Assembly (NCBI RefSeq): GCF_051307035.1
Contig: NZ_CP195536.1
Location: 1,530,001 to 1,562,000, forward strand
DNA length: 32,000 nucleotides
Direction of reading: 5' to 3'
From: Psychrobacter sp. DM4
Lineage (GTDB): Bacteria > Pseudomonadota > Gammaproteobacteria > Pseudomonadales > Moraxellaceae
The position numbers and the translations under genes were made by a program. Below are positions 9,092 to 17,856 of this stretch, one piece after another. The stretch's first letter is position 1, and each line of letters opens with the position of its first letter. The notes under the pieces were generated by a model. It was not told the origin of the DNA and made no database searches. It saw only the letters and a program-made list of their open reading frames with translations.

Positions 9092-9970
9092 ATGACGACA
9101 TCCTCAAATACGCAAACCAATATACCTTCTGTCTTACAACGCATTATCGCAACCAAACGTGAAGAGGTTATCGCTGCCAAAAAGGAGCAATCTTTAGCGC
9201 TATTGCAAGAAAAAGCCGCTACTGACACTCATCCGCGTCGTGGTTTTGCCAATGCCTTGCGAGAGACTGCTATGAAGGAGAGCGGTATAGGTATTATCGC
9301 TGAGATCAAAAAAGCCTCGCCATCTAAAGGCATTATTAATCACAACTTCTCACCTGCTCTTTTTGCCAAACAGTATGAACAAGCGGGCGCAACTTGTCTG
9401 TCGATACTGACCGATCGTGATTACTTTCAGGGCGATGACACTTACCTGCTTCAAGCGAGCAACGAGGCAAGCCTACCTGTCCTGCGTAAGGACTTTATGA
9501 TAGATGTCTATCAAATCTATCAGTCCTACTTGTTAGGTGCAGATTGCATTTTGCTCATTATGGCTTGCCTCAATGATGCACAAGTTGCCGAGCTTCACGC
9601 TTTGAGCATAGAGCTGGGTATGGATGTATTGATTGAGATACACACGCAAGAAGAATTGGAGCGCGCCCTAAAATTGCCACGCTCAGTCCATAACATTTAT
9701 GGTATAAACAACCGCGATCTCAACACCTTTCAGGTTGACTTACAGAACACTCTGAAGCTAAAGAGCTTTTTGGTAGATGCTTTAACTGGCGATGGCGACA
9801 CACACAAACCGCTTGTCGTAACTGAAAGCGGTATCCATAGTAGCGATGATGTTCGCTTGATGCTAGATAATGGTATAGAGCACTTTTTAATCGGTGAGCA
9901 TTTTATGAAGACCGATCATCCAGGACAAGCGTTACAATCGCTACTTGCGAGCATTCCTGCTGGCGCGTAA
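9092..9970 (+). CDS. trpC: Indole-3-glycerol phosphate synthase
   Basis: IAEIKKASPSKG...LSILTDRDYFQG...LPVLRKDFMID...NNRDL...ESGI are IGPS motifs. The track ORF begins at a TTG at 9068. The first ATG is at 9092 and I use it as the start. Confidence 0.9.
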   Translation: MTTSSNTQTNIPSVLQRIIATKREEVIAAKKEQSLALLQEKAATDTHPRRGFANALRETAMKESGIGIIAEIKKASPSKGIINHNFSPALFAKQYEQAGATCLSILTDRDYFQGDDTYLLQASNEASLPVLRKDFMIDVYQIYQSYLLGADCILLIMACLNDAQVAELHALSIELGMDVLIEIHTQEELERALKLPRSVHNIYGINNRDLNTFQVDLQNTLKLKSFLVDALTGDGDTHKPLVVTESGIHSSDDVRLMLDNGIEHFLIGEHFMKTDHPGQALQSLLASIPAGA

Positions 9971-10020
9971 AGTAAGCGCAATCAATTTTTTATTCACCCA
10001 TCAACGATATAGCAATTATT

Positions 10021-10752
10021 ATGGCAAATTCACTATTTTCAAAAGAGATGCAAGATCAACTCCAAGAGCTCAAAGGTCAATTAAGCAAAGGCCGCGATAC
10101 CAATGCACCAGAAGGCGAGAATCAAAAGCCTACTGAGCCTGTGTCACTACCGACGCAAAAACAGGTCAAAAAAACGGTTAAGCAATTAGATAGTGAGCAT
10201 GTCGATGACGACAAAGTTCTATTTATGCAAGCGATGCACGGTGTCAATCAGCTAGAGGACAAAAACGTGCGCTCTCCTGCTAATGCTGTAAAAGCGGCGA
10301 AGCCAGATGCGACTACCTTGTCTAAACGTGCAGCGGCGCAAGGCAATGAAGAAGGCGACTTGAGTACAGGTCTGTCCGATATGCAAGCGCTACTCAATCC
10401 TGTGGCAAGTGAGGCCTATTTATCATATAAGCAGCCTACCCTACAGAACAAGGTATTCACCCAGCTCAAGCACGGTAAATTACGCTGGTATGACGCGGTA
10501 GATATTCATGGTTGCACTATTGAAGAAGCTCGTGCTGCGATGACACAACTACTCGTTCAAGCTAGAACTAACAACGAAACCTCAGTCAAAATCGTCCATG
10601 GCAAAGGACAAGAGGCAATTTTGAAAACTTGTGTCAATGGCTGGTTACGTCAACTCCCAGAAGTGCTAGCATTTTGCTCAGCACCACCAAAAGATGGTGG
10701 TAATGGCGCTGTACTGGTACTACTCAAAAAGTCTAAAACTGATGGCGAGTAA
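10021..10752 (+). CDS. Smr-domain protein (SmrB/YfcN-like endonuclease)
   Basis: 243 aa. The C-terminal DIHGCTIEEARAAM...VKIVHGKGQ...GWLRQLPEVLAFCSAPPKDGGNGAVLVLLKK is an Smr domain. The upstream VLFMQAMHGVNQL resembles the ALFRQLMAGT region of E. coli SmrB. Confidence 0.8.
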   Translation: MANSLFSKEMQDQLQELKGQLSKGRDTNAPEGENQKPTEPVSLPTQKQVKKTVKQLDSEHVDDDKVLFMQAMHGVNQLEDKNVRSPANAVKAAKPDATTLSKRAAAQGNEEGDLSTGLSDMQALLNPVASEAYLSYKQPTLQNKVFTQLKHGKLRWYDAVDIHGCTIEEARAAMTQLLVQARTNNETSVKIVHGKGQEAILKTCVNGWLRQLPEVLAFCSAPPKDGGNGAVLVLLKKSKTDGE

Positions 10753-10769
10753 ATCCCATAATCTTGACG

Positions 10770-10802
10770 AAAAAAGGACTGCATAGCGCAGTCCTTTTTT
10801 TT
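10770..10802 (+). terminator. Rho-independent terminator after the smr gene
   Basis: AAAAAAGGACTGC / loop ATAGC / GCAGTCCTTTTTTTT, 18 bp after the stop. Confidence 0.8.
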
Positions 10803-10848
10803 ATTCCAAATTTATATCTAAAACTTCGTTGACGCATAAAGAGGACCT

Positions 10849-11481
10849 ATGAGCATACAGACTATTGAAAGTTTAGAAACGCTACAAGATCACATTGAGG
10901 CTTTGATCACCATTGAACCGAGATTTGCGCCTATGTATACCCAAGTTGGTGCCCCTAGTTTGCGACGTAATAGCGGCGGTTTTGAGCAACTAATGCGATC
11001 GATAGTCGGTCAGCAGCTATCGGTAGCGGCAGCTAGTAGTATCTGGGGGCGCATCGTGGATGCTGGGTTGACTACGCCGCAGTCTGTTCTGGCAGCAGAC
11101 GATGAGACATTGCGTGCTCAAGGACTATCTAAACAAAAAAGTCGGTATGTACGCTCACTAGCTGAGCACGATATAGACTTTGGCACTCTAAAAACTTTGT
11201 CTGATGAAGAGGTCATTAAAACTCTTACTGCTGTGGTAGGAGTGGGACGCTGGACGGCTGAGATGTATTTATTGTTCTCATTAGGACGTGCTGATGTACT
11301 GGCAGTGGATGATCTGGCAATTCGAGTATCGGCAATGACGCCTTTAGAGCTGACAGAGCGTCCGACGCCTAAACAGCTCCAAACCCTGACCCAAAAATGG
11401 TCGCCCTATCGCAGTGCTGCCAGTTTACTATTGTGGTTGCATTATGGCTGGGTACGTAGCAATACGGCTATACCGCTATAA
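10849..11481 (+). CDS. DNA-3-methyladenine glycosylase II family protein (AlkA-like, HhH-GPD)
   Basis: 210 aa. FEQLMRSIVGQQLSVAAASSIWGR...GLSKQKSRYVRSLA...VGVGRWTAEMYLLFSLGRADVLAVDDLAIR shows the helix-hairpin-helix and the catalytic Asp context. Confidence 0.8.
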   Translation: MSIQTIESLETLQDHIEALITIEPRFAPMYTQVGAPSLRRNSGGFEQLMRSIVGQQLSVAAASSIWGRIVDAGLTTPQSVLAADDETLRAQGLSKQKSRYVRSLAEHDIDFGTLKTLSDEEVIKTLTAVVGVGRWTAEMYLLFSLGRADVLAVDDLAIRVSAMTPLELTERPTPKQLQTLTQKWSPYRSAASLLLWLHYGWVRSNTAIPL

Positions 11482-11508
11482 AAGCTTTGTGTATAACTTT
11501 ACTAAAGT

Positions 11509-13440
11509 CTAAGGCTTACGCCAAGGCTGGTTCCACAACGACAACATAGGTATTATGTGTGCGCGTTTAAACTTACGCTTAGCCAGTCTAAGAGCGGTCA
11601 CCTGCCTATGTCTATTATGATTTGCGCTTTTCTTATTTGCGCTTTTCTTATTTGCGCTTTTCTTAGGAGTATCATTCGTATTATCGTTAGTACCTTTTAA
11701 ATCAACAGCATTTAGATCAGCACTATTTATTACTTCACTGTCTATTACCTCACAGTCATCGGCCTGCCGGCTTAATGGTTGATAACTATTACTCTCTTTA
11801 TCTACAGTGTCGTCAGTGTCGCTGTTTTTAACTTTATCAGTATCATTGTCAAACTGTTGTTTGAGCTCTTCTTGATGGACGATCAACTGCTGAGTGGGTA
11901 GCGCATGCTCCACTTTGTATTTTTTGACCAAATTCAAAATATCGACAAGTAAAATGTCTTGTTTACCATAAAATTCAGTAACATCGACAGAGTTGACATA
12001 TCCTCTGAGCTGAATAATATAGCAGTCTTGACGTAGCTCTGAGATATTAGCCTGATTCCACTCTTTATTGGTTAATTCATGCTCATTTAAAAAACTATCT
12101 AAATCATTGACCATCTTGAATACAACATCGATGTCAGCGGTGCGCTTAATGTATAAATTATGCAAAAAGTGAAACATATCACGCGAGGTAAAGTTCTCAA
12201 TTTGCATCGATGAAAAGTCACCATTGGGTACTGTCACTATAGTGCGGTTCAGAGTGCGCACCCGTGATGAGCGAATACCGATATCGATCACCGTTCCTTC
12301 TTGATCACCAAACTTACAATAATCGCCTATACGCACAGGTGAATCCGCTACCACTACCACACTGCCGACGAGGTTCTCAATCGTCTTTTGTGCACCTAGA
12401 GCCAATGCCAAACCACCAACACCTAAGGCGGCAATCCCTGTAGTCAGATCAAAGCCCAAATTGCCAAAGATGACGATGACGGCGAAGATAAGCAGTAGTG
12501 CTTTGACCACTTTACGCAGTAGTCCTAAGATAGAAACGCGTTCTGTATGATTTTTTCTGTAGCTCATATTTACCGCACGGGTAAAGAGAGCATCGACGAT
12601 ACGTAGTAGCAGCCAAGTGACCGCAAGCCAAGAGGCAACCTCAGTGAAGCGATTGATCGGCTCGCGAAGGGTCACTGAGACTCCCGCATATATCATGACC
12701 TCAGATAAGATCATGGACATAATGACAATCGATAAAGGTAGTATTACTTTATCTGGCATAGGTAGCGGTATGCCGCGTACGCGCGGATAGACCAGTCTCA
12801 GCAAGTGGTAAAACACCCATACCACAATATAAGTCAGCAAAAAACTTCCGAATATTAATATGATTGCTGCTGCCAAATCTGCCAGCTGGTAACCAAAGAG
12901 CTGTTCATCTTCTAACGACTCAAAGCTGTATTGGGATATCAATGTCGGCTCTGTATCTTCTAACACCTCAGGTATCGAGCTTAAGGTATCGGCAGAGAAC
13001 TGCCAGTACTGTTTGCCGTTATTAGACACGACCCGCTCAAGCATTACCGGAACGCTTTTGTCATTGATATCGATCGTACCGACTTTTTCTTGGCTTGGTG
13101 GTAGCTGGTCTGTCACATTACCTTCAGGCGCATTACTGATCTGTAGATCAGGCAAAAACCGTGCACCGCTATCGAGTGCTTGTTTGAACTGGCGCACCAT
13201 TGTCGTCGGATTATCCGACTTAGATAAATTAAGATAGTTGCTGGCAAGTAGGTAATCATTTTGACCCAGCGCTGCGATAAATCCTTGAACCGTCAATCTC
13301 GGAGTATCACGCCCAAACGCATCGGGTATAGGTGCTCGCGCCTCCTCTTGTGAGCTATCAACTCCTAGCACTCCGCTATCAGCGGCTTGTCCTATGGACG
13401 GTAGCGACAAGGTCAGTAACATCGCTAGCATCAAGGTCAT
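11509..13440 (-). CDS. Mechanosensitive ion channel family protein (MscS-like) with a periplasmic N-terminal domain and a long low-complexity C-terminal tail
   Basis: The core is LGVGGLALALGAQKTIENLVGSVVVVADSPVRIGDYCKFGDQEGTVIDIGIRSSRVRTLNRTIVTVPNGDFS, i.e. the MscS TM3 plus beta domain. The track ORF starts at 13569. I prefer the ATG at 13440 (MTLMLAMLLTLSLPSIGQAA, a signal peptide). Confidence 0.85.
   Translation of the reverse strand: MTLMLAMLLTLSLPSIGQAADSGVLGVDSSQEEARAPIPDAFGRDTPRLTVQGFIAALGQNDYLLASNYLNLSKSDNPTTMVRQFKQALDSGARFLPDLQISNAPEGNVTDQLPPSQEKVGTIDINDKSVPVMLERVVSNNGKQYWQFSADTLSSIPEVLEDTEPTLISQYSFESLEDEQLFGYQLADLAAAIILIFGSFLLTYIVVWVFYHLLRLVYPRVRGIPLPMPDKVILPLSIVIMSMILSEVMIYAGVSVTLREPINRFTEVASWLAVTWLLLRIVDALFTRAVNMSYRKNHTERVSILGLLRKVVKALLLIFAVIVIFGNLGFDLTTGIAALGVGGLALALGAQKTIENLVGSVVVVADSPVRIGDYCKFGDQEGTVIDIGIRSSRVRTLNRTIVTVPNGDFSSMQIENFTSRDMFHFLHNLYIKRTADIDVVFKMVNDLDSFLNEHELTNKEWNQANISELRQDCYIIQLRGYVNSVDVTEFYGKQDILLVDILNLVKKYKVEHALPTQQLIVHQEELKQQFDNDTDKVKNSDTDDTVDKESNSYQPLSRQADDCEVIDSEVINSADLNAVDLKGTNDNTNDTPKKSANKKSANKKSANHNRHRQVTALRLAKRKFKRAHIIPMLSLWNQPWRKP
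11621..11665. repeat. In-frame tandem repeat, 15 bp x 3, inside the MscS-like gene tail (encodes KKSAN x3)
   Basis: TTTGCGCTTTTCTTA occurs three times without mismatch at 11621-11635, 11636-11650 and 11651-11665. Confidence 0.95.
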
Positions 13441-14162
13441 CGTAGTAACGATCTTGCGCGCTGATATTATTTTGGGCACAGTAGTTTTAGGCTTAGTAGA
13501 TAGGAAGTGGTAATCAGTAGACAAAACGAACCTCTTAGTACAATAAATAGTCACAAAAATATAGGGCATGTTTGATATTCGATCATGTCACTGACAGAGA
13601 CTATTTTTTAGACGATTCAAAGATAAAAATAGTAAGACGAGTCTTCTAAGCGTATATTTTTATCAAAGGAGCGGCAAAAAAGAGTCCTGTCCTTTCAGGC
13701 TGATGCTAAAATTACCCCCCCAGCTCTATATAGGCAATGTGTTGCAAGTCTAGCTAAGGCATCAACATTATCTTCGACTTGCGCCGTGTCTGGAACAATT
13801 TTAGCGATCAGCAGTGTTCATTTATGAATTATCAAACACGCCCTAAAACAACGCTAACCGATAATAGCAGCAGATAAAAGTAGCCGATATCATAACAATT
13901 ATTTATGACACTAGTGCTTTTGATTGGACCATTTTTATAAATTAGTGTTTCTATATCTTACTTTGAACCTGTGATATAGCGGCTAAAAAATGAAGTCATT
14001 ACAATTACAATCTTAATGATGAAAGTTACTCATCTAACCCTGAGCAGATATTGCGTAGAAATAGTTTATATCTTGATCGTTATTGTTGATAATGTACCCT
14101 ACTTATTGAATGCTTCATTCTCTTGCATATTTTTGCTATTTTTAGCCTTTTTGGAACCTGTT

Positions 14163-16106
14163 ATGACTCTAACGCCTATACCCTCTTCAAATTATCTTAG
14201 ACTAAGTATTTTAAGCGTACTTGGCGGCTTTGCAATGAACACAGCAGTAGCAGCAGTGCCTAACGTTGTTGACAATAGTAATAGCGATCTACCCCAAGTT
14301 GAGCTTGATGAGATCGTGGTGACTGCGACGCGCACGCCGACGCGCACGAGCAATGTCATCGCGCAAACGCGAGTTATCGATAGCGAAGAGCTTCAGCGTT
14401 ATCAAGGTCAGACGATACTTGACGTACTACAGAACCAATCAGGTATCAACATCTCACAAAGCGGCGGTATGGGAACTATCAGCAATTTCTATATGCGCGG
14501 CTACGACAGCAAACAAGTCCTTGTACTCATCGATGGTATTCGTTATAGCTCAATCTCTGCTGGAACCCCAGCATTGAACCTATTGCCCGCCGACCAAATT
14601 GATCGTATCGAAATCCTATACGGTGCCTCGGGGTCTAGTATTTATGGCTCTGATGCTATGGGCGGTGTTATTCAGATCTTTACTAAGGGCAGTAATGTAG
14701 AGCAATCTAGCGTGTCCACTACCGCAGGTTACGGCAGTCATGATCATTACCAAGTTGGCATCACAGGTCAACTCAAGAATGACACCTCCTCACTAAGTTT
14801 GGGCGTCAGTCACAATGAGACAGATGGCTTTAATGCGGTTGCTAATACCAATTCTTTTGACTACAACGCTGATGATGATGGCTTTGAATCAACCAATGCT
14901 AGTATCGCGTTACAGCATAGATTCAACGATGCACTCAGTGCTGGAATTAGCGGCTTATATTCAGACTCTACAACTGAGTTTGACTCGGCTGGAGCCTTGG
15001 TTCCCAATGCGTACTCCGATCAAAAAAACGGTAGTGCTAACGCCTATTTACAGTACCAGACCCCATCAACGCTGACCAAATTAAGCTATGGGCAAAGTAT
15101 CGATGAATCGACGTCTCACGATAATAATTCTATCAATTATCAAGAGGGTAGTCGATTCGATACTACCCAAGAACAAGTGCGTTTAGAGAGCCAAATTAAT
15201 GTACAACCTGGCACGGTTATTGTTGGTGCTGAGTGGCTATCACAAAAGCTTGATGCTTCTGCGGTAAAAGTCTTTAATGCTGACTTTAGCGATTTTACCG
15301 CGACACCCTACTCCCCTGAGGATAGAGAAGTTACAAGTGCCTTTGTCGGTTACCAATTAGCAGATAACTATTATGACTTACAAGCCAACTACCGCGTTGA
15401 TGACAATTCACAATACGGCAATCAAAGCACTTATAACCTAGGCGCTGCTATACGCCCACTAGACGGCATGCGCATTGGTGCAAGTTACGCGACAGGCTTT
15501 CGCGCGCCAACCTTTAATGACTTGTACTACCCCGGTTTTAGCAATCCCAATTTAAAGCCTGAGACGAGCAAGAACACCGAAGTGTTTATTGAGTATGATA
15601 AAGGTTATCAGATCTCACGTCTGACGGGTTATCACACTGATGTTGAGGATTTAATTGGTGGTAATACCAATACTGGAGAGGCAAAGATCAAAGGCCTAAG
15701 TCTTACCTCAGATTGGTATTTAAATTCGTTTTTATTTGGTTTAGGATATGATTATTTAGAGGCAAAAAATGACACATCAGGCAGTACCAATAAGGGAAAT
15801 GATCTTGTCTACCGCCCTCAAAATAGTGGTTTGATTTATATCGGCTATCAGCAACCTACCTTTGATGTCCGTCTTGAAGCCAAGCATACCGATGAGAGAT
15901 TTTCTGATGTGAGCAATCAAACCAAGTTGGATGACTACACGTTAGTGAATTTGAGCGGCACTATTTATATCAACCCTAATTTGCGTGCAAACTTGCGTGT
16001 TGAAAACATCACTGATGAAGACTACACGCTTTCCAATCAATTCGGCACTGAGTATGCTACTGACGGCACTAATTATTTTGGTTCGCTAACCTATGATTGG
16101 TTCTAA
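14163..16106 (+). CDS. TonB-dependent outer-membrane receptor, BtuB-like
   Basis: Signal peptide MTLTPIPSSNYLRLSILSVLGGFAMNTAVAA. TonB-box/plug region DEIVVTATRTPT...VIDSEEL...ILDVLQNQSGINISQSGGMGTISNFYMRGYDSKQVLVLIDGIRY. C-terminal barrel ending in ...GSLTYDWF. The track ORF (14016) adds 49 implausible residues, so I start at the ATG at 14163. Confidence 0.9.
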   Translation: MTLTPIPSSNYLRLSILSVLGGFAMNTAVAAVPNVVDNSNSDLPQVELDEIVVTATRTPTRTSNVIAQTRVIDSEELQRYQGQTILDVLQNQSGINISQSGGMGTISNFYMRGYDSKQVLVLIDGIRYSSISAGTPALNLLPADQIDRIEILYGASGSSIYGSDAMGGVIQIFTKGSNVEQSSVSTTAGYGSHDHYQVGITGQLKNDTSSLSLGVSHNETDGFNAVANTNSFDYNADDDGFESTNASIALQHRFNDALSAGISGLYSDSTTEFDSAGALVPNAYSDQKNGSANAYLQYQTPSTLTKLSYGQSIDESTSHDNNSINYQEGSRFDTTQEQVRLESQINVQPGTVIVGAEWLSQKLDASAVKVFNADFSDFTATPYSPEDREVTSAFVGYQLADNYYDLQANYRVDDNSQYGNQSTYNLGAAIRPLDGMRIGASYATGFRAPTFNDLYYPGFSNPNLKPETSKNTEVFIEYDKGYQISRLTGYHTDVEDLIGGNTNTGEAKIKGLSLTSDWYLNSFLFGLGYDYLEAKNDTSGSTNKGNDLVYRPQNSGLIYIGYQQPTFDVRLEAKHTDERFSDVSNQTKLDDYTLVNLSGTIYINPNLRANLRVENITDEDYTLSNQFGTEYATDGTNYFGSLTYDWF

Positions 16107-16145
16107 AATTAGAAAATACCATTAATTCTATGAGTGCTAGCAAAC

Positions 16146-16176
16146 AAAAAAGGGTGTCCATTGACGCTCTTTTTTT
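16146..16176 (+). terminator. Probable rho-independent terminator after the receptor gene
   Basis: GGGTGTC / loop CATT / GACGCTC (7 bp including 2 G-U pairs), followed by T7 and preceded by A6. Confidence 0.55.
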
Positions 16177-16272
16177 GGTAAACCATTATGTAAGAATATA
16201 GAATATGTCTTTATCGTCACCTATTTATGTCAGACGGTAGATGACAAATAAGCTGTTATCATTTACAATATT

Positions 16273-16380
16273 CCCCTCCGAGAGGTGTTGCACTGCAGCT
16301 GACAACAAGCTGTGTTAGGCTCGGCAACGCGGCACAGACTATATAAATTCTGTACCACGTGCAAATAACGGCACCTGCGT
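16273..16380 (+). promoter_or_regulatory. SAH (S-adenosylhomocysteine) riboswitch in the ahcY leader
   Basis: CCGAG(16278)...CTCGG(16320) forms P1. AGGTGTT, immediately 3' of the CCGAG strand, can pair with the downstream AACGGCACCT (pseudoknot). There are internal hairpins CAGCT/AGCTG and GGCACAGA/TCTGTACC. The string CCGAGnGGnGnUGC...AGGCUCGGnAACG...CCACG...AACGGCnCCU matches the SAH-riboswitch consensus as I recall it. Its position directly upstream of ahcY-metF is the canonical context. Confidence 0.78.
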
Positions 16381-16418
16381 TTTTATTCTTTTTATCTATT
16401 AACTGATAGGAGCATATT

Positions 16419-17843
16419 ATGGACGCAGTGTCTAACACCCCATCTGCCCATACGATCGACCCCTCTTTCACTGATTACAAAGTCGCTGATATTAGCCTTG
16501 CTGATTACGGCCGCCGCGAGATTACGCTTGCTGAAGCTGAAATGCCAGCCCTTATGGGTTTGCGTCGTCGCTACCAAGACGATCAACCGCTTAAAGGCGC
16601 TAAGATTGCAGGCTGTATTCACATGACGATTCAAACCGCCGTACTTATCGAGACGCTCACCGCGCTTGGTGCTGAAGTTCGTTGGACCTCATGCAATATA
16701 TTCTCAACTCAAGATCATGCTGCGGCTGCGGTTGCTGCTGCTGGCACGCCTGTATTCGCCTGGAAAGGCGAAACTGATGAAGAGTATGAGTGGTGCTTAC
16801 GTCAACAGATTCATGTGGGCGGTGAAGAGACCGGTCAGCTGTGGGACGCCAACTTAATCCTAGATGATGGCGGCGACTTGACCGCACTTATTCACAATGA
16901 CTATCCGCAAATGCTTGATGCTGTGCATGGTATCTCTGAGGAGACCACCACAGGCGTGCATCGCTTAGTTGAGATGTTAAACAAAGGCACGCTAAAAGTA
17001 CCTGCTATCAATGTCAACGACGCGGTCACTAAATCAAAGAATGATAACAAGTACGGCTGTCGTCATAGCTTAAACGATGCAATCAAACGTGCAACCGATA
17101 TGTTCCTAGCGGGTCGCCGCGCTCTCGTTATTGGTTATGGCGATGTTGGTAAAGGGTCAGCACAAAGCTTGCGTCAAGAAGGCATGATTGTACGTGTCTC
17201 AGAAGTCGATCCAATCTGTGCAATGCAAGCCTGTATGGATGGCTATGAAGTGTTATCTCCGTACATCGATGGCGATAACACAGGCGGCGCGGATGGTATC
17301 AATACGCGTCTGCTAGAAGACACGGACATGATTGTCACGACTACGGGCAACTATCATGTTTGTGATAAACATATGCTAGCAGCACTCAAGCCTGGCGCTG
17401 TCGTCTGCAACATTGGACATTTCGATACCGAAATTGACACCCAATTTATGCGTGATAACTGGCGCTGGAGTGAGGTTAAGCCGCAGGTTCATCAAATCTT
17501 CCGCTCAGACGATGTCAATGATTACCTTATCTTACTCGCTGAAGGTCGCCTAGTGAATTTAGGTAATGCCACCGGTCACCCCTCGCGCGTGATGGACGGC
17601 TCATTTGCCAACCAAGTACTCGCGCAAATGTACTTGTTCGATGAGAAGTTTGCCGAACTGCCTGTCGATGATCGCTTCGATAATCTATATGTCAAAGTAT
17701 TGCCGAAAAAGCTCGACGAAGAAGTTGCAGCGGCCATGGTTGCAGGCTTCAACGGTACCTTAACTAAGCTGACAAGCAAGCAAGCTGAGTATCTAGGTGT
17801 ACCTGTTGAAGGGCCATTCAAGCCTGATGCTTATAAATACTAA
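16419..17843 (+). CDS. ahcY: Adenosylhomocysteinase
   Basis: 474 aa with [27 protein letters not shown]...[14 protein letters not shown]...[12 protein letters not shown]...[21 protein letters not shown]...[11 protein letters not shown]...[16 protein letters not shown] 7 nt upstream. Confidence 0.97.
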   Translation: MDAVSNTPSAHTIDPSFTDYKVADISLADYGRREITLAEAEMPALMGLRRRYQDDQPLKGAKIAGCIHMTIQTAVLIETLTALGAEVRWTSCNIFSTQDHAAAAVAAAGTPVFAWKGETDEEYEWCLRQQIHVGGEETGQLWDANLILDDGGDLTALIHNDYPQMLDAVHGISEETTTGVHRLVEMLNKGTLKVPAINVNDAVTKSKNDNKYGCRHSLNDAIKRATDMFLAGRRALVIGYGDVGKGSAQSLRQEGMIVRVSEVDPICAMQACMDGYEVLSPYIDGDNTGGADGINTRLLEDTDMIVTTTGNYHVCDKHMLAALKPGAVVCNIGHFDTEIDTQFMRDNWRWSEVKPQVHQIFRSDDVNDYLILLAEGRLVNLGNATGHPSRVMDGSFANQVLAQMYLFDEKFAELPVDDRFDNLYVKVLPKKLDEEVAAAMVAGFNGTLTKLTSKQAEYLGVPVEGPFKPDAYKY

Positions 17844-17856
17844 GAGGAGCTAGACT

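Noticed and set aside
9945-10136. 63-aa ORF overlapping the trpC end and the smr start
   Set aside because: It is out of frame with two well-supported genes, highly basic in a random-looking way, and has no RBS.
13441-13569. 43-codon extension at the start of the MscS-like ORF (MPYIFVTIYCTKRFVLSTDYHF...)
   Set aside because: The internal ATG at 13440 begins a textbook signal peptide (MTLMLAMLLTLSLPSIGQAA). The extension looks like random AT-rich sequence.
14016-14162. 49-codon N-terminal extension of the TonB-dependent receptor ORF (MMKVTHLTLSRYCVEIVYILIVIV...)
   Set aside because: It has no signal-peptide logic and lies in AT-rich, promoter-like DNA. The ATG at 14163 gives a normal signal peptide, so the extension is most likely untranslated leader.
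13570-14162. Expected cobalamin riboswitch in front of the BtuB-like receptor
   Set aside because: I looked on both strands for a B12 box and the GC-rich conserved core and found nothing resembling them, so no riboswitch is called.
16259-16634. Minus-strand ORFs of 70 and 80 aa overlapping the ahcY leader and 5' end
   Set aside because: They overlap the SAH riboswitch and the strongly supported ahcY CDS, and I see no RBS.
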